A DNA stretch of 43,873 bases from Actinobacteria bacterium UBA912 (lineage in GTDB: Bacteria > Actinomycetota > Coriobacteriia > Anaerosomatales > UBA912), in NCBI GenBank assembly GCA_002293965.1, contig DBEG01000024.1, positions 1-43,873 on the forward strand, in the 5' to 3' direction. The notes beneath the pieces are model-generated. The model was not told where the DNA came from. It made no database searches and saw only the letters and a program-made list of their open reading frames with translations. A program made the translations under genes and the position numbers. How positions within the stretch are numbered: position 1 is the stretch's first letter; every line of letters starts with the position of its first letter. Shown piece after piece: positions 25,941 to 34,931 of the stretch.

Positions 25941-26209
25941 TCGACGTGTCCTCAGTTGTGGCCAGGGCCATCGACTTTTACCAGATATTGATCATCGCTT
26001 ACGTGTTACTCTCATGGTTGCCCGCGTCAGGGGTGATCTGGGAGATCCGCAGAATCTTGGGGACTGTAGTCGAGCCATACATCGGCATCTTTCGAAAGAT
26101 CGTTCCGTCGCTAGGAATGATAGATATTTCGCCAATCGTGGCAATACTCGTACTGTCATGGTTGATTCGCCCGCTCTTGGTCACGGCCCTAGTGGCAATC
26201 GGTCTATAG
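25937..26209 (+). CDS. yggT: YggT-family small membrane protein
   Basis: GTGA overlap with proC. About 90 aa with 2-3 TM and the YQILIIAYVLLSWLP motif typical of YggT/YlmG. Confidence 0.8.
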   Translation: MIDVSSVVARAIDFYQILIIAYVLLSWLPASGVIWEIRRILGTVVEPYIGIFRKIVPSLGMIDISPIVAILVLSWLIRPLLVTALVAIGL

Positions 26210-26236
26210 GTAGGTAGGGAAGAAAGGCTTTTTGCG

Positions 26237-27040
26237 ATGAAACTCACTCCGCTCGACATACACCACAAAGAGTTCAGGAACTCGCTTCGCGGGTACGCCA
26301 TCGATGAGGTCGACAAGTTCCTCGATGATGTCGCTGATGAGTTTGAGCGCCTGTTCAAAGAGAATATCGACCTGTCTGAACGACTGGAGGCAGCGCGGGA
26401 GCAGATCAGGGGCTTCGAGGCCCAGAAGGAGACCCTGCACAACACACTTGTCGCCGCCCAGCGCTCAGCCGAAGATATCACCGCCCGCGCACAGAACGAT
26501 GCAAGCTCTATACTCAAGGATGCGGAGGTCAAGGCAAAGGAGATCATCCATGACGCCTTGACGCAGAAGCAGAAAGTCGCCTCCGAGCTGGTGGTAATCA
26601 AGAAGGCCGAAGAAGACTTCCGCAGCACTTTTTCGCAGATGCTCCAGTCCCACCTCAAGGCGCTGACTGTTGTGCCACTTGCGGATGATGTCACCGTCCT
26701 GCTCGGACGGACCGAGGAGGGGGTGGTGGGAGACGTCAAGGTTGGAGCCGCAGAGGCTCCAGGCCCGAAGGCCGCCGACCCCACACCCGAACCCTCAGCT
26801 CCCAGGAAAGAGACGAGCGCGTCCGCTGCACCAGTGGCAGAGAAGCCAGCAGCAGTGGCTCCAGTCTCCACCGAGCCGCCTGCGTCCGGCTTCGTTCAAG
26901 CGATAGCCCTTGGTGAGCTGGCATCGACAGACCTTGAGGCAGAGATTCCGGTCTTCGAAGAGCCCAAGGAGTTTGGATCAGGCTCCTTGCAGATGTTCGG
27001 AGAGTCGGATGACGATGATGACATCGAGGAGATCGACTAA
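26237..27040 (+). CDS. divIVA: DivIVA/Wag31 polar growth and division scaffold
   Basis: MKLTPLDIHHKEFRNSLRGYAIDEVDKFLDDV is the DivIVA lipid-binding N-domain. It is followed by coiled coil and a Pro/Ala-rich and acidic tail. Confidence 0.9.
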   Translation: MKLTPLDIHHKEFRNSLRGYAIDEVDKFLDDVADEFERLFKENIDLSERLEAAREQIRGFEAQKETLHNTLVAAQRSAEDITARAQNDASSILKDAEVKAKEIIHDALTQKQKVASELVVIKKAEEDFRSTFSQMLQSHLKALTVVPLADDVTVLLGRTEEGVVGDVKVGAAEAPGPKAADPTPEPSAPRKETSASAAPVAEKPAAVAPVSTEPPASGFVQAIALGELASTDLEAEIPVFEEPKEFGSGSLQMFGESDDDDDIEEID

Positions 27041-27137
27041 TCCGTACTTTGCGACGGATTGCACTCCTGTGACGATAGATGGGCTACCGATGTAGCCACT
27101 TCCACATGACACACTCGATCTTGGGACTAGGGAGATC

Positions 27138-29966
27138 ATGGGCAAGAAGCCAGACTACAAAGACACAATGAACCTGCCACACACCGATTTTCCGATGCGG
27201 GCCAATCTTGCGCAGCGCGAAGGGCAGTGGCTCGAGTTCTGGCGCGAGAACGATGTCTACCGCAAAAGGGTATCCGACAACATGCCTTCGGATACCTTCA
27301 TCCTGCACGATGGCCCGCCTTATGCCAACGGTCACATCCATATGGGGACCGCATTCAACAAGGTCCTCAAAGATATGATCGTGAAGTACAAGTCGATGCG
27401 TGGATACTACTCACCCTATGTTCCGGGCTGGGATTGTCACGGCCAGCCGATTGAGCACCAGGTCGAGAAGGATCTGGGGCCTGAGCGGATGAGCACAATC
27501 AGTCAGGCTGAGCTTCGGGCTGAGTGTCGAAAGTGGGCGATGAAGTACGTCGGTATCCAGTCGGAGGAGTTCCAACGCCTGGGAGTCCAAGGTGATTTCG
27601 ACGACCCGTACTTGACGCTGAACAAGGCATACGAGGCGGGCAACGTCCGGGTCTTCCAGCGGATGTATGACCGCGGGATGATCTACAAAGGGGCCAAGCC
27701 TATTCACTGGTGTGTTCGCTGTACCACGGCTCTGGCTGAGGCTGAGATCGAGTATTCCGACGTGACGAGCCATTCGATATACGTCAAGTTGCGCTTGCAG
27801 GATCCGCCTTCGGCGATCGCTGCACCTGCCGAGAAGGTCTCATTGTTGATTTGGACCACCACGCCGTGGACACTGCCCGCTAATGTGGCGGCCACCCTTG
27901 CCCAGGACGCTCTGTACGCTGGAGTCAGGGTCGAAGGCGAGGTCATAATCCTTGCGCTCGACTCGATCGAGCGACTCTCCAACGACCTTGCGCTCGACTT
28001 GAGCGATCTAGTCAAGGCGCCCGATGGACAGGTCATCACCGTCAAGGGCAGCGACCTCGAGGGTCTCTCTTATGCCCACCCCATCCATCCTGACCGCAGC
28101 GGAGTGGTCATCATCGGTGATCATGTCGATCTTTCGGTCGGGACAGGTGCCGTACACACAGCACCTGGTCACGGCGAAGAGGATTGGCTGATCGGGCAGC
28201 GATATGGGCTTGAGACAGTCATGCCCGTCGATGACCACGGTGTTTTCGGCCCAGGTGGCGGACGATTCGAGGGCATGACGATCTACAAGGCCAACCCTGC
28301 CATCATCGAGTGGCTGCAGTCCGAAGGGGCGCTGCTGCATCGCGCCAACACGCTGCATAGCTATCCGCACTGCTGGCGCTGCAAGAAGCCGGTCATCTTC
28401 CGCGCCACCGAGCAGTGGTTCGTGTCCATGTCTGCCGCCGCCGATGGCATCCGTCCCTTGAGGGATGGTGCACTGGCAGCGATCGACGAGGTGGAGTGGA
28501 TACCTCGGTGGTCGGTCAATCGCATTCGCTCCATGGTCGCCGACCGTCCGGACTGGTGCATCTCTCGACAGCGGGCATGGGGGGTGCCGATCCCGGTCTT
28601 CAAGTGTGCGCAGTGCAACTCGACCGTTGCTACAGATGAGTCCTTCTCGGCGGTTATCGAGCTGTTCGAAACAGAAGGCGCCGATGCCTGGTTCACGAAA
28701 AAGCCCTCCGAGTATCTACCCGAGACCGTAAGGTGCGAACGCTGTGAGTCCAGTGAGATCGTCCCAGAGGATGACATCCTGGATGTGTGGTTCGAGTCCG
28801 GGGTCTCTCACACCAGCGTGCTCGATGCACGCCCTGAGCTTCGTCGGCCTGCCGAGATGTATCTCGAGGGTACCGATCAGCATCGGGGTTGGTTCCAGTC
28901 GGGCTTGCTGACCAGTGTGGGGGCCGATGGTGTCCCGCCGTACAAGGCGGTGCTCACTCACGGCTTCATCGTCGACGGCGAGGGTCGCAAGATGAGTAAA
29001 TCGCTCGGGAACGTGATCTCGCCGCTCGATGTCATCGAGAAGTCTGGTGCTGACATCATCCGCTTGTGGGCTGCTTCGGCGGATTACAGCCAAGACGTGT
29101 CGATCTCCGATGACATCCTCGCGCGCACATCGGACGCATATCGAAGGATCAGAAACACCTTCAGGTTCATGCTGTCGAATCTTGAGGACTTCGACCCCAG
29201 CGAATCCGTTGCCTGGGATTCGATGCCAGAGATCGACAGGTACGCGCTGGTGCGTCATTCGGATGTCGTGAGCAAGGTAACCCGTGCTTACGACGACTGG
29301 AAGTTCCACCAGGTCTATCACACAGTATTCAACTACTGTGTCACCGACCTAAGCTCGTTCTATTTCGACGTGGTCAAAGACCGACTCTACTCAGACGCTG
29401 CAGACTCACTCTCTCGCAGGAGCGTGCAAACGGTTCTTTACACGATGCTTCGCGACCTTGTCAGAATGGTGGCTCCGGTCCTGACCTTCACCGCCGAGGA
29501 GGTCTGGCAGTTCATGCCGGTCGCGCTCCGGGGTGATGTCGTCAGCGTGCAACTTGCTGGGTGGCCGCTCGACTCAATCGAGACGGACCACTCGACAGAG
29601 GCGACAAGTTTGCGCAATGCCTACTCGGCTGTTTTCGAGATCCGCGATATCGTCACCAAATCGCTTGAGGAGGCACGCGAGCTCAAGGTCATCGGGAAGA
29701 GCCAGGAAGCGGCGATAGATGTTACCGCTACGCCCGTCGTTCTCGAGGTGCTGAAAGCCCGCGGCGAGAGTGCACTCGCTGAGATGTTCATAGTTTCTGC
29801 GGTTCGCCTGCACCCGGGCGAGACGGCCAGCGTCACCGTCAGTGCTGCTGATGGTACCAAGTGTCCGCGCTGCTGGAATGTTCGTCAGCCGGCAGGCGAC
29901 GAGCGAGATGCGATGCTTTGCGCCAGATGCTCCGACGTTCTTACGGCGATCGACGCCGCTGAGTAA
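27138..29966 (+). CDS. ileS: Isoleucine--tRNA ligase
   Basis: PPYANGHIHMGTAFN (HIGH region), KMSKS (GRKMSKSLGN), the CP1 editing-domain block, and a C-terminal zinc knuckle CPRCWN...CARC. Confidence 0.97.
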   Translation: MGKKPDYKDTMNLPHTDFPMRANLAQREGQWLEFWRENDVYRKRVSDNMPSDTFILHDGPPYANGHIHMGTAFNKVLKDMIVKYKSMRGYYSPYVPGWDCHGQPIEHQVEKDLGPERMSTISQAELRAECRKWAMKYVGIQSEEFQRLGVQGDFDDPYLTLNKAYEAGNVRVFQRMYDRGMIYKGAKPIHWCVRCTTALAEAEIEYSDVTSHSIYVKLRLQDPPSAIAAPAEKVSLLIWTTTPWTLPANVAATLAQDALYAGVRVEGEVIILALDSIERLSNDLALDLSDLVKAPDGQVITVKGSDLEGLSYAHPIHPDRSGVVIIGDHVDLSVGTGAVHTAPGHGEEDWLIGQRYGLETVMPVDDHGVFGPGGGRFEGMTIYKANPAIIEWLQSEGALLHRANTLHSYPHCWRCKKPVIFRATEQWFVSMSAAADGIRPLRDGALAAIDEVEWIPRWSVNRIRSMVADRPDWCISRQRAWGVPIPVFKCAQCNSTVATDESFSAVIELFETEGADAWFTKKPSEYLPETVRCERCESSEIVPEDDILDVWFESGVSHTSVLDARPELRRPAEMYLEGTDQHRGWFQSGLLTSVGADGVPPYKAVLTHGFIVDGEGRKMSKSLGNVISPLDVIEKSGADIIRLWAASADYSQDVSISDDILARTSDAYRRIRNTFRFMLSNLEDFDPSESVAWDSMPEIDRYALVRHSDVVSKVTRAYDDWKFHQVYHTVFNYCVTDLSSFYFDVVKDRLYSDAADSLSRRSVQTVLYTMLRDLVRMVAPVLTFTAEEVWQFMPVALRGDVVSVQLAGWPLDSIETDHSTEATSLRNAYSAVFEIRDIVTKSLEEARELKVIGKSQEAAIDVTATPVVLEVLKARGESALAEMFIVSAVRLHPGETASVTVSAADGTKCPRCWNVRQPAGDERDAMLCARCSDVLTAIDAAE

Positions 29967-30092
29967 GGTAATCCGTGGACGTCGTGACATTCGACATCGC
30001 TGGTGGGCTGATATCCAGGTGATATACTTGCATCAGGAGATTTCGATGCGACTCAGCCGGGAGCACACATTCACACGAACAGGATCCACCCT

Positions 30093-30458
30093 ATGGACCA
30101 CAGACTGAAGACTGCGCTCAAAGAGCGTCTGGAAATCGAGCGGGTTCGCCTCGATGCCGAAGTAGAGCGCATAAACCGCGAAGGTTACGAGACCCTGTCG
30201 GAGGCGAGCGGGGAGAACAACTACCGAGACCACATGGCCGACCAAGGCTCTGCCGCCTTCGCCCGCGAGCTGGACATGTCGTTGGACGACAACCAGAGAG
30301 CCGCACTCCTCGAAGTCCAGGGCGCCCTAGAACGAATCGCGAAGGGCACTTACGGCAAATGCGAACTCTGCGGAAACGACATTCCCACCGAGCGCCTTGA
30401 AGCGATCCCGACCGCGTCATTGTGCCTACAGTGCAAATCAGACGAAGAATCTCGCTGA
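30093..30458 (+). CDS. TraR/DksA-family C4 zinc-finger protein
   Basis: Coiled-coil N-terminal half, then C-x2-C-x17-C-x2-C (GKCELCGNDIPTERLEAIPTASLCLQCK). This family is commonly found just upstream of lspA. Confidence 0.8.
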   Translation: MDHRLKTALKERLEIERVRLDAEVERINREGYETLSEASGENNYRDHMADQGSAAFARELDMSLDDNQRAALLEVQGALERIAKGTYGKCELCGNDIPTERLEAIPTASLCLQCKSDEESR

Positions 30459-30979
30459 TTACGACGCCAAGGCCTGGCGTCGTGTTCATCATCATCGCCT
30501 GCGCTGTGCTTGCACTAGACCAGGTCTCAAAATGGATTATTCGCGCCTATCTACAGGCGTCCGACTCGATTCCCCTGATCGAAGGAGTGCTTCATCTCAC
30601 CCATGTCAGGAACCCTGGGGCAGCTTTTGGACTGATGCCCGGGGCTAGGCCTTTGTTCATAGCCACCTTTTTGATCGTCATCGTTGGAGCCATCGTGTAC
30701 TGGATCAAGGTCAGGCCGAACACCAGGTGGGTAGTTATCTCGATGGCCCTTTTCACCAGCGGCGCTTTGGGGAACTTCATCGATCGGCTGTGGCTAGGCA
30801 AGGTGACCGATTTCATCGATTTCACTGTGATCGATTGGCCAATTTTCAACTTTGCTGATGTCGGGATCGTCACAGGCATCGCCATGCTACTCTTCTGGAT
30901 TCTGACTGAACCTGCCGAGATGCCCATTCCCAAACCCAGCTCCCTTGAAGGCCATGGAGGTTCGGATGAGCCCGGATAA
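30422..30979 (+). CDS. lspA: Lipoprotein signal peptidase (signal peptidase II)
   Basis: LDQVSKW, VRNPGAAFG, GNFIDR and FNFADVGI carry the catalytic Asp residues. Four TM segments. The start is uncertain (GTG 30422 or GTG 30431), and it overlaps the preceding gene by up to 37 nt. Confidence 0.88.
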   Translation: MPTVQIRRRISLITTPRPGVVFIIIACAVLALDQVSKWIIRAYLQASDSIPLIEGVLHLTHVRNPGAAFGLMPGARPLFIATFLIVIVGAIVYWIKVRPNTRWVVISMALFTSGALGNFIDRLWLGKVTDFIDFTVIDWPIFNFADVGIVTGIAMLLFWILTEPAEMPIPKPSSLEGHGGSDEPG

Positions 30980-31997
30980 GGGAAGCGCCTACACACATGT
31001 GGTTCGCATCCATGAAAGCGGACAGCGGATCGATTCCCTTCTCGGCGATATGGAGTTCATATACTCGCGCTCGGCGGCGGTTCGCTTGCTTGAGGACGGG
31101 AGCGTCACCGTCGATGGCAAGGTGGTTTCTAAGCGCTATCTTGTTAGGGAGGGAGAGACCATTGACGTCTTCGTTCCTCCGAGGGATCCGTGTCATCTCG
31201 AGCCCGAGGATATACCGCTCGACATTCGTTACGAGGACGACGATATCATCATCCTTTCCAAACAAGCCGACCTTGTGGTTCATCCTGCGCATGGCAACTG
31301 GACCGGAACTCTGGTTCATGCGCTCATGGCCCATTGCGACGAACTTGGAACACTTCAGGGCCCCGACCGACCGGGGATCGTACATCGCCTGGACAAGGAC
31401 ACGACGGGGCTGATGGTAGTAGCCAAGAACGACACGGCTCAAGCCATAGTTGCGGAGAGCATCAAGGTCAGAGCCATGGACAGAAGGTACATCGCACTTG
31501 TTCACGGGTTCATCGCACCCGATAGCGGCCTTATCGATGCGCCACTGGCCAGGGACCCGAAGGACAGGCTGCGTATGGGGGTCTCGGGCTCAACGTCGGC
31601 AAAACAGGCGATCACAACCTTCAAAGTGCTGGAGAGGTTTTCGGCCGGACACTACGACGACGGTTACACCCTGCTGGAGTGCAAGCTCTACACGGGAAGA
31701 ACCCACCAGATCCGTGTTCACATGAGTCACATCAATCACCCCGTGGTCGGGGACCAGCTTTACGGTTCGCGCAAGGAAAAGGCCGACAGAGGACTTCGTC
31801 GCCAGTTCCTGCATTCTTGGCGTATCGAGCTTCAGCATCCTCGAACAACCGAAACCATACGCATGGAAGACACCCTACCCCAAGACCTGATCCATGTACT
31901 CGAGGGAATCGCCGAAGAATCCATGGGGAGAACGGAATCGGGTGGTATGATTATTCCGAGGATTAATCGCGACGAGGCCGGTTCACCCGGCGCATGA
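30966..31997 (+). CDS. rluD: RluA-family 23S rRNA pseudouridine synthase (RluD-like) with N-terminal S4 domain
   Basis: S4 block RIDSLL...VTVDGKVVSKRYLVREGE. Catalytic HRLDKDTTGLMVVAKN and GRTHQIRVH. GGAGG lies 5 nt before the ATG at 30966. Confidence 0.88.
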   Translation: MSPDKGSAYTHVVRIHESGQRIDSLLGDMEFIYSRSAAVRLLEDGSVTVDGKVVSKRYLVREGETIDVFVPPRDPCHLEPEDIPLDIRYEDDDIIILSKQADLVVHPAHGNWTGTLVHALMAHCDELGTLQGPDRPGIVHRLDKDTTGLMVVAKNDTAQAIVAESIKVRAMDRRYIALVHGFIAPDSGLIDAPLARDPKDRLRMGVSGSTSAKQAITTFKVLERFSAGHYDDGYTLLECKLYTGRTHQIRVHMSHINHPVVGDQLYGSRKEKADRGLRRQFLHSWRIELQHPRTTETIRMEDTLPQDLIHVLEGIAEESMGRTESGGMIIPRINRDEAGSPGA

Positions 31998-32051
31998 GAT
32001 TCGAACTTGGCATGTGGGGCAGGGGCACTCTGTGCAAAGGAGAGGAATCCA

Positions 32052-32408
32052 GTGAAGGCTAAGATCCTTGTTGTCGAGGATGACGCTCAGAATCTGTATT
32101 TGACCAGATTCCTTCTTGAGCAGGACGGTTATGAGGTGATTACCGCAGTTGATGGGCTCCAAGCTATCGAAGCGGCAGCCCAACAACCTGACTTGATTCT
32201 CATGGACATGCTGATGCCGAGAATGGATGGGTGGACTGCCACCAAGAGGATCCGGGAGCAGTATGGGGACGACCTGCCAATCGTTGCTCTTACTCCATAT
32301 TCGATGAAGGGTGACCGTGAGTCGATCATTGAAGTCGGATGCAACGGCTATATCCCCAAGCCCATCGATGTTGAAGATTTTTGTAATCAAGTCGAAGCCT
32401 TCTTATAG
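32052..32408 (+). CDS. Stand-alone CheY-like receiver (single-domain response regulator)
   Basis: AAGGAGAGG lies 6 nt before GTG 32052. KILVVEDD, DLILMDMLMPRMDG (phospho-Asp), ALT and KP motifs. There is no output domain. Confidence 0.85.
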   Translation: MKAKILVVEDDAQNLYLTRFLLEQDGYEVITAVDGLQAIEAAAQQPDLILMDMLMPRMDGWTATKRIREQYGDDLPIVALTPYSMKGDRESIIEVGCNGYIPKPIDVEDFCNQVEAFL

Positions 32409-32429
32409 AATCCCTGGCCGAGGATAAGC

Positions 32430-34919
32430 ATGAAGATCCTAGTTGTCGATGACGATTCCCCCAGCCGGATACTGATTGCCACTATCTTGGAATCAGCCGG
32501 CTATCAGACGGTCTCGGCCAAGGACGGCATTGAGGCGCTCGCCATAGCCCGTTCAGACTCCGTCGATGTTGTCATCACCGACATCTTGATGCCCAGGATG
32601 GATGGATTTCGCTTGACTCAGGAGTGGAAGCGCGATCCTGCGCTCTCGATGATTCCGGTTATTTTCACAACGGCATCGTACTTGGATCCTGCCGATGAAC
32701 GATTGGCCGTCCAAATGGGAGCGGATGCATTCATCGCAAAGCCCCTGGATCCAGAGAATCTGCTGAAGTTGGTCGAAGCAGTGATTTCTGAGGCTCAGGC
32801 TGGCCGGATTAGCGAGCCACTCCAGAGAGAAGATTCCGAGACGCTGAAAGCTTACACTGAACGCATCGTTCAGAAACTCGAACACAAGCAGATAGAGCTT
32901 GAACGATCCAATGCCGTCCTTGAAACCGCTATGCTCGAGCTTAGCGAGCAGATCGACGCCAAACAGCACCTGATTGACCGCTTGCATTCAGAGGTCCGCT
33001 TGAGCGAGGACAGGGCCATCGAGCTTCAGCGGGTCTTGGATCTCAAAGACACCATCTTAGATAACGCCGAGATCTTCATCTGTGCAACAGATGCACAGGG
33101 TCGCATAATCTTGTTCAGCCCAGGGGCGGAGCGACTTTCGGATTATCTGTCGAAGGAACTCATCGGCAAGGATTTTATCGATATCTTCGTTCCCGATGAG
33201 AGACAAGTGAACTCCAGAACCTTCGAGATGGCATTGTTTGTCTCTGGAAAGCCCGCACGCGTCAACAGCAGATGGCGCATGCGTTCGGGCGAGATTAGGG
33301 TGCTGGAAACCTCAGTTGCTCCCATGCTCGACGAGGAAGGCGCGGTCAAGGGAATCATCCGCTTCGGAGTCGACATCACCGACAAGAACCAGATGTTGGC
33401 AGCCGAGAGGATCATGGGGGTCATCGATCTTTCGATACTGTCCAACCTTCCGGCTCCCGAGATGCTCCGAATAGCCTGCATTCAGGCAGTGTCGGAGCTG
33501 GACTTGGCTAGTACCTATGTCTTTGCAATCGAAGACGGCTCCGCCAACATCGTTGCAGCCGCTGGAAATAAGGGGGCTCGTGATTTCGAGAGAGAGATGG
33601 CAGCGCATCTCGCACATCAGTCAGATATGTCTTCGGCGACCTGGGTCACCTTTTCACCTGACGGCATCGTTGAGATCGACCCGGACGGTGACGCATCGTT
33701 GTCTCCTGAAGCCAGGGTTGTGATGATCGCCCCTATAGTGATCGACCAGCACCTGAAGGGCGCCCTAGTGACATGCGCGATCCGGGGCGGAAGCTTCAGC
33801 CCTGTCGTTACCCAGGGTATCCAGATGGTCGCAGAGCGACTAGGGGTTGCACTGGCTTATACCGAGATTCGGGAGATGCTGCTGCTCCAGGGCTCGGCCT
33901 TGAATGCAACGGCCAGCGGTATCGTCATCACGGATTCTCAAGGGACTGTAACCTGGGCCAACGCTGCTTTCGAAGAGATGTCAGGATTTGACATCGCAGA
34001 TGCAGTAGGGGTCAACATATTCGCTGGCGGGAGAGGGTACTCTGAACCGGCGTTTCGAGACCCATGGGAGTTGGTGCGAAAAGGTCGGAAATGGCAAGGA
34101 GAGGTGTTAAATCGCACCCGCGAAGGAAGAGAGTATCCAGAGAGTGTGACTATCTCGCCAGTGCTTGACGAGTCGGGCACCGCATCACATGTAGTCATAG
34201 TAAAGGGCGATATCAGCGAGGCCCGGCGCTTTGAGCGTCTCAAGAGCGACTTTACGGCAATGATCTCACATGAATTGCGCACCCCACTCACAAAGATATC
34301 TGGCTATGTCGATCTGCTGGATCGCTGGGATGAACTTGATGCAAGCTCTCGGGCAAAGTCGATCGCTGCCCTGAAGCAGAATTCGTCCGAGATGCAGGCA
34401 CTTGTGGACAAGCTGCTTTCGGCAGTACATCGCCGCGTAGACCAAGAGAAGATCCGAGTTCGGAACATCGATCTTGTCCGATTGGTCCGCGAGGTTTCGA
34501 CGCGTCACTTTGAGGACTCGACACATAGCCTGAAGTTGTCACTTCCTGTATTTCCATCGCGCATCGACATCGATCCGGATCAGATCGAGACCGTACTGTT
34601 GAATCTTCTCGAAAACGCCGTGAAGTACTCTCCCGCCGGCAGCGAGGTCGAGGTCTCGCTGAGTCAAGACGGCGAATGGGCTGTCATCGCGGTCTCTGAT
34701 GAAGGGCTGGGTATACCATCCAACGATTTCGAATCGATGTTCGATTCCTTCGTGCAAGGGGATATGTCATCCACTCGCGAAGTCGGAGGCTTGGGTCTAG
34801 GTCTCTTCATAGCCCGAGAGCTAACCGCGGCGCACGGCGGGAGAATCAAGGCCATTCGCAATCCAGGCAAGGGGTCGACCTTCGAGATCTACCTGCCTAT
34901 TGTTCGCAAAGACACTTAG
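32430..34919 (+). CDS. Soluble hybrid sensor histidine kinase, REC-coiled coil-PAS-GAF-like-PAS-HisKA-HATPase
   Basis: N-terminal receiver (KILVVDDD, DVVITDILMPRMDG, AKP). Two PAS-like blocks (ICATDAQGRIILFSPGAERL and IVITDSQGTVTWANAAFEEMSG). H-box SHELRTPL, N-box LLENAVKYSP, G-boxes DEGLGI and GLGLGL. No TM segments seen. Confidence 0.9.
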   Translation: MKILVVDDDSPSRILIATILESAGYQTVSAKDGIEALAIARSDSVDVVITDILMPRMDGFRLTQEWKRDPALSMIPVIFTTASYLDPADERLAVQMGADAFIAKPLDPENLLKLVEAVISEAQAGRISEPLQREDSETLKAYTERIVQKLEHKQIELERSNAVLETAMLELSEQIDAKQHLIDRLHSEVRLSEDRAIELQRVLDLKDTILDNAEIFICATDAQGRIILFSPGAERLSDYLSKELIGKDFIDIFVPDERQVNSRTFEMALFVSGKPARVNSRWRMRSGEIRVLETSVAPMLDEEGAVKGIIRFGVDITDKNQMLAAERIMGVIDLSILSNLPAPEMLRIACIQAVSELDLASTYVFAIEDGSANIVAAAGNKGARDFEREMAAHLAHQSDMSSATWVTFSPDGIVEIDPDGDASLSPEARVVMIAPIVIDQHLKGALVTCAIRGGSFSPVVTQGIQMVAERLGVALAYTEIREMLLLQGSALNATASGIVITDSQGTVTWANAAFEEMSGFDIADAVGVNIFAGGRGYSEPAFRDPWELVRKGRKWQGEVLNRTREGREYPESVTISPVLDESGTASHVVIVKGDISEARRFERLKSDFTAMISHELRTPLTKISGYVDLLDRWDELDASSRAKSIAALKQNSSEMQALVDKLLSAVHRRVDQEKIRVRNIDLVRLVREVSTRHFEDSTHSLKLSLPVFPSRIDIDPDQIETVLLNLLENAVKYSPAGSEVEVSLSQDGEWAVIAVSDEGLGIPSNDFESMFDSFVQGDMSSTREVGGLGLGLFIARELTAAHGGRIKAIRNPGKGSTFEIYLPIVRKDT

Positions 34920-34931
34920 GCTTCGATACGC

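Noticed and set aside
25999-26871. Long minus-strand ORFs antisense to recognised genes, for example 25999..26871 (290 aa), 5273..6055, 13986..14837, 25064..25681, 37728..38639, 41943..42542 and 43041..43721.
   Set aside because: Each lies opposite a strongly recognisable conserved gene (divIVA/yggT, mraZ/rsmH, murD/ftsW, proC, pyrR/pyrB, carB). They have low-complexity Ser/Ala/Arg/Pro-rich translations and no SD. These are typical shadow ORFs of GC-rich DNA.
27041-27137. Looked for a T-box or other leader riboswitch upstream of ileS. Small hairpins are present at 27040-27059 and at 27082-27097 (GGCTAC-cgat-GTAGCC).
   Set aside because: The gap is only 97 nt, and I see no T-box core (GGUGGUACCGCG-like) and no specifier-loop architecture. 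The hairpins lack U-tracts. This could still be checked with an Rfam scan.
32007-32036. Sigma-54-like words (TTGGCATG and GGCAC-N4-TGCA) upstream of the receiver gene.
   Set aside because: The GG to GC spacing is 8 nt rather than the required 10. No EBP-type activator is present, and Actinomycetota generally lack RpoN.
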